Assembly: GCA_051294375.1 (NCBI GenBank)
Contig: CM119271.1
Span: 1,544,721-1,608,720 of the forward strand
From: Paraspadella gotoi
Taxonomy: Eukaryota; Animalia; Chaetognatha
Direction of reading: 5' to 3'
Length of the DNA stretch: 64,000 bases
Shown: piece by piece, positions 56,501-64,000 of the stretch
Numbering within the stretch: the first letter of the stretch is position 1
Layout: each line of letters starts with the position of its first letter
Translations under genes and position numbers: made by a program
Notes under the pieces: generated by a model
Told to the model about the DNA's origin: nothing
Database searches by the model: none
The model's input: the letters and a program-made list of their open reading frames with translations, nothing else

Positions 56501-59390
56501 AATTATTTTTTGTGTGTTTTTTTTTTATATCTGGTTTTTCCGAAATGCTCGTTCGACAAATTGAGAAAAAAAAATTGAAAAACAAGTTCGTAGGTTAAAA
56601 GTTTTCAATGGCAATTTCAATGTCATCATTTTGTTTCGGAGTTACGGAGGGACTTAACCCACCACAGCCTGTCTAAGGTCCAAGTCCAAGTCCAAGTCCA
56701 AGGTTCATGTCTACGGTCAGAATAAAATACATTATGCTTATGTGATGTTTACATGATGTTTACATTATTGGTAACAATTTCATAAATTTACTTGTGAGGC
56801 GAGTTCACTCACGACAACAATAACGAAGCGACGACGATGGACGACGATATCTTCGAGTTTCTCGTCGACGCCCGCGACGAGGGTCATCTCGACAACACCG
56901 TCCTCATCCTCATGTCGGATCACGGCGCCAGATTCGCCTCTCACAGGTCTGGCGATTACTACATTGACCAGATGACCACATGACAAAGTCTATATAGATG
57001 ACAGATCAATCAAAGCTCGATCTCAAATCGATGAATCGTTCAATCAGAGCCTCGGAAATCGGCAAGCTCGAGGAGCGGAAGCCTTACTTCGGCTTTAGTT
57101 TCCCTACCTGGTTCCGACAGCAGCACCCGCAGAAGCTGCGCAACTTCGCCGTCAACGCGGAGCAGAGTTTGGTGACGCCGTTCGACGTCCACGCGACGCT
57201 GCTGCATTTGTTGGATCTGCGGGCGGAGAAGCTGGAAAGACCTCATCCTAAAAAGGGGCGGGTGAGAAGAATGCGGCGTGGTTGTCATGGTTGTTTTTGT
57301 TGATGTTTTGTTGTTGAGCTGCTGTTTTGTTCAAGTTGTTGCAGGTAAAAAGTAATAAGTTATGTAGGGGTACATAATAAAATGTATTGGCAAAAATGTA
57401 TATGAGACATACGTTCAATGTACAAGACCGTGCAAGACTAACTACAATGAGAGAGGCACCGGTTAAGTAAGAGAGAGAGAAAATTATATATATATAATAT
57501 ATATATATATTAGTAGCCAGCTTTCTTTGTGACCACTAAACACAGTGGCCATTGGCCACTGACCAATTCGTGTTAACCCCATGGTGGCCAAACCTTCGTC
57601 GCCGCAATAGATAGAGGAACCAAAGCGTGTCATTTTAAGTATTGTCTTCTCCCTTCCATTGACGGTTTAAACTTTTTAGCTTTAGTACTAACTGGCATAG
57701 ATTAGCAGGCGAATAGCAAGAGATTAGCAAGAGATTAGCAAGAGATTAGCAGGCGATCATCCTAAGAGAAATTAAGTCCGTGTGTAAAATATATATCATA
57801 TAACTCAACAAGGTTGTATTAAATTACACTGTCACGCTAGACAACCTAGGTAGGAAAGTAGAGCAGGTTATTAACTCCCAGTATGCTCCGTTGAGATGGT
57901 ACAGACTCAGCTAATGGCCGAAAGAAACTTGTGTGGGCTGCTTCGAAAACCTGCAGCCGAAACCTACCTGCAGGTTTGGCACAAATTCCTTGTTTTTGTA
58001 GACTCAACTTTCAACAATAAACAATATCCGTCAATAAAAACGGCCAATTTTTTTTTTCTTTCTAACCCCGATCGCCCAACACCCTCAAAGCCAACACGCG
58101 CCTTTTCCCTCTTCCAAATCATCGGCGACCGAAGCTGCGTTGACGCGGATGTGCGACCGCATTGGTGCGCCTGTCTTCAGTGGCGCTCTTTAACGACGAA
58201 CGACTCGATTGTGGCGACTCTGGCCGAACGCGCGGTCGAATTTCTAAACTCCCTCACCGAGGGCGTTAGCGAAGACTGCGTGGAGTGGACGAGGCCACGA
58301 GTCACCTTCGCCGCCGAATCTAAAACGACGGACGAGTTGAGACGATTTAAAAAGCAAGTAATTTTGTATTTAAATAAAAAAATGAATTTAAATAAATCAA
58401 ATGAATAAATATTTTTAAAAGAAAAAGAAATTAATTAGTAAGGCAGAGAGATCCCGGTCGGGGGTCGGGCTGCTCGGGATCATTCGTCTCGCGTCTTTTT
58501 TTATAAATTTTTAAATCTTCTTTTTCTTTTATATTTATTTCTTTTTCCATAATGTTTATATTTGTTAATTTTGTCGTTGCTTCTGTCGTTGTCAGTGACG
58601 AAAAAACGTAAAAACAAACATGTTGGATCAAATTAATTAATTATTTTACTAATTATTTTTTTAATTTGAGTTAATTAATTAAGTCGCTAATGATCGTGGG
58701 CAGATCCGGCATTGTTTGCTCAAACTTGTTTTAATATTTTTTATTCACTGTATGTGTTTTTATTTTTTACTCAAACTTTTGTGGTATATAAACATTAAAT
58801 TTATTATTAAAGGTCAAAAAGCTGGTTCGTTCCAGACCTGACTGCCGACACAAACAGTACCATCGCTCTTTATCAGGTTAAATAAATAAATTAATAATTT
58901 CAGTTTTTCCTTTACAGTATGGTGGAATAAAACCCACCAACCGTTCATCAGCGGCCATTGGTGCCGGAGGCAAGTCATTCGCCTCCCAACCCAAAGGTCC
59001 GGGGTTCTAGCCCGGTGGTCGTCTGGCAGTTTAGAGGGACGGGGCGCTTAACCCGCCTGTAACATGATGTTACAGCCTGATCCGAAGCTCAGGGACTGCT
59101 TATATTGAACGGTTCTATCACTAACTCATAACAATAATTACTGTCTCTTCAACAGCTTCCAACAACGACATGCATTAAATTTTGTTTTTCAGATAAGATT
59201 GCTTGTCTCTCCGTCGGAGGGCGCTTTAACGGACGAAGCGGTTTTTGAAATGAGCATCGAATCGTTGGAGGGAAAATGGAAGTTTTCCGAGGGATCGACG
59301 AGTCGCTTGAACCGATACGGACGTCAGTCCGATTGCATCGCCAAGAAGTTTCCGCATTTGAGAAAGTTTTGTTATTGCAAGAAGAGATAG
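53507..59390 (+). CDS. DUF229-family gene, copy B (mid exon 2 to stop; largely intact)
   Basis: ILILGEDSMSRGAWFRHLPKT, GYNIVGDGTPAALLPLLT, WIWRSFAERGYMTSFVED, DNTVLILMSDHGARF, GKLEERKPY, VTPFDVHATLLHLL, RSCVDADVRPHWCAC and RLNRYGRQSDCI...KFCYC. Confidence 0.88.
54077..54228. repeat. 72-bp near-perfect inverted repeat with an 8-nt spacer; Penelope-like pseudo-LTR fragment
   Basis: Arms 54077-54148 and 54157-54228 with one mismatch. It is absent from the homologous segments at ~47820-47870 and ~54660-54712. Confidence 0.85.
54110..54156 (-). ncRNA. Type I hammerhead ribozyme motif
   Basis: Minus strand CA-CUGAUGA-A-GGCUC(UAAGUGAAA)GAGCC-GAAAC-AU-GUC-UG. It has the full core, a 5-bp stem II, palindromic ACAUGU in stem III and a GUC cleavage triplet. 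Confidence 0.75.
58918..59151 (+). mobile_element. Single (solo or assembly-collapsed) LTR of the same element, with a tRNA-like cloverleaf at 58951-59022
   Basis: Same flanks as the element at 52244-52930. ACAG occurs on both sides (58914-58917, 59152-59155) and may be a 4-bp TSD. Confidence 0.7.
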
Positions 59391-59680
59391 AGGCGCCACT
59401 GGCGCCGCAAGAAGTTATATATATATAATTACATATTATATATGCAATAGGCGTTGAAAATTGTGAACGAAATTTAGCTGAAATTACATCGGAAATTGTT
59501 ACATTTATTTTTTTATTTGTTTTGCCATGTATTAATATCATGTTATTTAAAACATATGATTATTTTTTTAATTTCAAAGGAAAATACAAGAATTTTAAGT
59601 ATTACATAAAGAAAGTCTGATAAGAGATTTAACTAAAAATTTGTTTTAACAACAATTTGTTTTTACTATTTTACATTAAA

Positions 59681-59730
59681 AATCGGATATGTTTCGACTC
59701 ATGGGGATTTCGAGTCTTCATCAGCATTTA
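59681..59730 (-). ncRNA. Type I hammerhead ribozyme motif (degenerate relative at 60267-60310)
   Basis: Minus strand AAAUG-CUGAUGA-A-GACUC(GAAAUCCCCAU)GAGUC-GAAAC-AU-AUC-CGAUUU. Confidence 0.65.
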
Positions 59731-59771
59731 AATCACAACTATTCACTATTCAGTTTCACAAACATTGAGTT

Positions 59772-59819
<48 letters not shown>

Positions 59820-60889
59820 TATTACATTTGATAATATACAACAAAGATAAATTGAGAGAAACTAAATATAACAAAGATTAATAAATTAATTGTTTGTGAG
59901 TTTGAAATTTGAAATATGAAATAGTGAAGATTGAGAAAATTGAAATAAAAGAATAAGTAGTGAGGGATAGGTAAGGTAAAGGTAAGTGAAAAATAATATA
60001 AGAAAGAGCTCAAATTGAGCTGGCTCTTATAAAACTTTATACTAACAAGTAACAACAAAAAAGAAAGTCTAACTTCAATAGAGAAAGTCGTAGAGTTTAA
60101 CTTTGAGAAACCAAAAGTTAAATGTTCCCAAATTTCCAATAATACAGCATTTATGGTTTCGGTATAACTATAAGAATATCGTGTATTTTCTCTCTTTTCG
60201 TTGTATTTTTATGATTTAGTAAAAACGAAAGTTTTTAATGGAAAAAACTATTTATTATACAATAAAGAACGAACGACTCTTGAGATTTTCGAGTCTTCAT
60301 CAGGGTTTTGATAAGAATAAGTTAATAAGAATAAAAGATAAGAATAACAAAAAGTTTATTATCCGGTAATCCCCAAAAGAGGACATTAACCTAAAAATGT
60401 TGATTTAAAAAAACAAGTTTTTATTGAGTAAAATATTTCAATGACGCAAAATGTTTTTGCAATTAATTTCAATTCCTGAAGATTTAGATTAAAAGTCATA
60501 AAATTTAGAGAAGTAATTACTGAGTAGGTAGTAGTCGACACCCACATCCGCATTCCACTCTCAATAATAATCTCAATATGTTCGCTTTTCTTGTGTTACT
60601 ATTGACTAAAAAGGAAGTGGGGAATTCTAAGCAGGATAGTATAATATTTAAAATATTTATTATTTTCAGAGGTTCATAGTTACAGAGCGAAGTTAATAGT
60701 GAGTGAACTAGGTATGTAGAGAGAGAGACAGAGAGAGAGACAGAGAAAGAGAGAGAGTGAGAGAAAGTCATTAACCGACTAATCTTGCCTCCGCTTAACA
60801 CAACAATCACCGAAGACTTGTCATGCGACGCCTTCGCAGCCAAAACAGTTTTAAAAATTTTACAACATGATGAAGAAAGCAAAATAATT

Positions 60890-62082
60890 AACAAGTTTGA
60901 GCAAACAATGTCGGATCTGCCCACGATCATTATCGGTAATTAATTAATTATTAATTTGATACGAAATGTTTGTTTTTAGGTCTTTTCGTCACGAACAACG
61001 ACAAAAGCAATGACGATGATGAGAATAATGCCAATAACGATTGACTTGATTGATTGAATAAATATTAGAAAAAAACACCAATTACTCGTGATTGGATGGA
61101 GGGATTGGAATGAAATTTTGTGTGTGGGTAGGAAAGTGTGTGATTGAGCTGGATATGAAGTTTCGATGGAATCGTTTGAGTGGAAATGAGTTTAAATGGA
61201 AAAAACAAAAAAATCTATTTCACTATTTGAACGCCAATTTCTCATGAGTGGATAAGGCAATTGACTTGAAATTTTGTATGATGGTAGGAAAGTGTGTGAT
61301 TGAGCTGGATATAAAGTTTCGATGGAATCGTGCGAGTGGAAATGAGTTAAAATGGAAAAAACAAAAGTCAAATTTACTTGAAGTATTTTTACTTAAATTT
61401 ACTCATAATTATTATGTTTATTAAAAATTGGATAGACAAATTGAAATGGAATTTTGTGTGTGGGTAGGAAAGTAGGTGATAAAGCTGGATATATATTTTT
61501 TGATGGAATCGTAGGAGTGGAAAAGAGTTCAAATTAGAAAACCAAAAGACACATTTATTTGAATTTTTTAAAGTTTCTCTCTCTCTATCTCTCTCTGATT
61601 GATTGATTGATTGATTGATTGACAAAATTACGCCAATTGACAAAAATATGCCAGTTGACCAAATTCTGCAAGTTAAACAAATTATGCCCGTTGACCAAAT
61701 TATGCCAGTTGATAAAATTATGCCAGTTGACCAAATTATGCCGGTTGACCAAATTATGTTAATTGACAAAATTATGTCAGTTGACCAAATTTTGTCAGTT
61801 GAACAAATTATGTCAGTTAACCAAATTATGTCAGTTAAACAAATTAAGTCAGTCAACCAAATTATGTCAGTTGACCAAATTATGTCAGTTGACCAAATTA
61901 TGTCAGTTAACGAAATTAGGTTCGTTGACCAAATTATGTCAGTTGACCAAATTATGCCAGCTGACAAAATTATACCAGTTGACCAAATAATGCAAGTTGA
62001 TTAAATTATGCAAGTTGACCAAGTTAGCTTATTACCACTTAATTATCGTAGGCAGATCCAACATTGTTTGCTCAAACTTGTT
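60890..62082. mobile_element. TIR-bounded (foldback/MITE-like) element filled with tandem repeats
   Basis: ~42-bp inverted ends AACAAGTTTGAGCAAACAATGTCGGATCTGCCCACGATCATT / AATTATCGTAGGCAGATCCAACATTGTTTGCTCAAACTTGTT. Inside are three copies of a ~100-bp core spaced 160-180 bp apart, (CT)n, (GATT)n and an 18-bp array. The same terminus recurs at ~40116, ~45853, ~52005 and ~58690. Confidence 0.7.
61619..62022. repeat. 18-bp minisatellite, ~22 copies
   Basis: Unit TTGACCAAATTATG(C/T)CAG. Confidence 0.95.
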
Positions 62083-62135
62083 TATTCACAATCACATAAA
62101 AGAACTTATAACTTTTATGACCCAAAAAAAAGAAA

Positions 62136-62319
62136 ATGTTTTTTTCGGTCTTTTTAATTTTCATCATCGCGATTTTATTGCTTGTTATGGTGACTCGCTC
62201 ACGATACAAACGAAGCAAATCGTGTAATGTTCCCTTCACCGATTTTGGCGGTAAATCACATTGGTTCTTTGGAATCATCAAAATTCCGGTGAGAAAGTGT
62301 CAATCATTAAAGTAAGAGA

Positions 62320-62356
<37 letters not shown>

Positions 62357-64000
62357 ATTATTATACTTATTATATTATATTACTTATAATTTATTAATTG
62401 ATATATTTATCAAAGAACGAAACTAGATTCTATCAATGAATATTCAACAATCATACGCCTCCACATCTTCCCTTCACATCCAATCTCGCTTTTCCCCGTC
62501 GATTCCAGATCTCCGACTTGTCCAGACTCATGATGGAGAAGAGCCGCACCTTTGGCGAGCTCTTCCGCATCCGCGCCATCCCGTGGATGCCGTCGACGAC
62601 TTTCGTCGTCGCCAACGAAGTCGGGTTGATCAAAGAGATGCTGGAGAGGAAAGAGTTCTCGTCACGTTCCCCCGTCGCCGACGCAGGAATGAGGATGATC
62701 AATCCCGAGAAAAAGGGTAAGGTTAGAGGGATGGGGGAAAGAGGGTAAGGGCGATTTTGGGGGGGGGCTGAATTGACTTCTAAAATAGCTTGCGGATTCA
62801 TATTTTTAAAAACAAATGTTGAAAACATCGAGACAAAACGTAATATCACAAAACGTATATTTCAATGCAAGTGCAAAATGGATCTTCAAAACAAACTCAT
62901 TGTAAAAATATTGTCTCGCATCCGGTTAAATCTTTTGACCTTAAAATGACCGATTCTTTCCACTGTCTGGGCACTTTTATTTGGTTTCTTTTAGCCCCAG
63001 TTTGGAGAAACTTATCATTATAGTACGCCCGTCAGGTTCCACAGATTCCGCATTTTAAACCACAATTTTCATGATTTAATCTTCATAAAATAGAACGTTT
63101 TCGGAATTTATACCAAGTTTTCAAGATTTAATTCCACTTTCCAGATTTAGAGAGCCAGCAAGAATTTGCGGACCGACGTTAAAACAGCTCGGAACGCCGC
63201 TACCTCGAACGCTCGAAATAAGATACATTTTCTACACTCGTGCTAATATTTTTTTTAATAAAAATAAAAAAGAAACCTTTAATTTAAATAACAAGAAAAA
63301 ACAAAACAAAAGGGAAAATCACAAAAAAGACGTTAAATAATAAAAAAAAGTGACAAAAATACTCCATCACCCGATGCTCTAACAAAAGACAACAAATAAT
63401 AACTTATAATGACTATATCTTGATCAGGAATCGGGCTTCAAGACTACACACCAGCGTGGAGAAATCTGCACAAATTGTCATTTTCCATTCTCAATTTATT
63501 CGGATTCGGGAAACAATCCATGGAAAATATGGTAAACCCATTGAAGAAAATCGTGCACTATTTTTCAAAAGCGCCCCATTCCTGTCCCTTAATCCTTAAA
63601 CTTAATTTTATTTTGAATATTTAACCTGGATCTTTTTATAAATGTTCAGTTCTATCCCTTATTCCTAACCATAACCAAATCTGTAATCCTCAACCAAAAT
63701 ATAGTCCCCTACCTAATCTCTAACCATATTCCCTAACCTAATACTTAACCGAGAGATTTAAAAATTGATTAAATAATGAATTTATGCTATAATAAGGCAT
63801 TTTTGGATAATCTGTTTTTGTTACTTTACAACTTTACAACATCAGCCATCGTAACATAATTTTTCTAAAAGGTATTAGAAGAAGCAGATGCGCTGATCTC
63901 CGAAATGTTGAGCATCAAAGAAGCATTCTCAGCTATCGATCCCATCCGCGTGGCAATTGCCAACATCATCTGCCAGATCATTTTTGGCGAACGGTCAAAA
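62136..64000 (+). CDS. Cytochrome P450, CYP2-clan-like, 5' part (runs off the window)
   Basis: Anchor MFFSVFLIFIIAILLLVMV, then exons with FGELFRI...LIKEMLERKEFSSRS, GIGLQDYTPAWRNLHKLSFSILNLFGFGKQSMENM and VLEEADALISEM...AIANIICQIIFGER. Confidence 0.85.

Noticed and set aside
61389-62004. Hexapeptide-repeat ORFs (IIWSTD / VDQIMS / LTKLCQ)
   Set aside because: These are translations of the 18-bp minisatellite, open in several frames on both strands.

Overview
This is spliced eukaryotic (invertebrate animal) genomic DNA from a compact genome, with GC/CpG-rich exons, AT-rich introns and five N gaps. Most entries in the ORF track are exon fragments or spurious, so I rebuilt gene models by hand from splice sites and protein motifs. 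On the + strand: the 3' end of an ABCA5-like transporter, RUFY, CIAO1, METAP1D, MICU1, an orphan two-TM gene, methionine synthase (MTR), TLCD3/FAM57, a DUF229 gene assembled in overlapping copies, and the 5' part of a CYP2-clan P450. Three genes host opposite-strand genes in their introns: cathepsin L in RUFY, a two-module follistatin in MTR, and TLCD3 in a Tctex1-domain gene that also hosts tRNA-Leu(CAG) and tRNA-Ala(AGC). The most unusual non-coding features are a miniature non-autonomous LTR element (LTR-PBS-PPT-LTR) whose LTRs contain a tRNA-like cloverleaf, hammerhead-ribozyme motifs in Penelope-like repeats (one inside a 72-bp inverted repeat), and a TIR-bounded element filled with tandem arrays. 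All identifications come from motif recognition; no searches were run.
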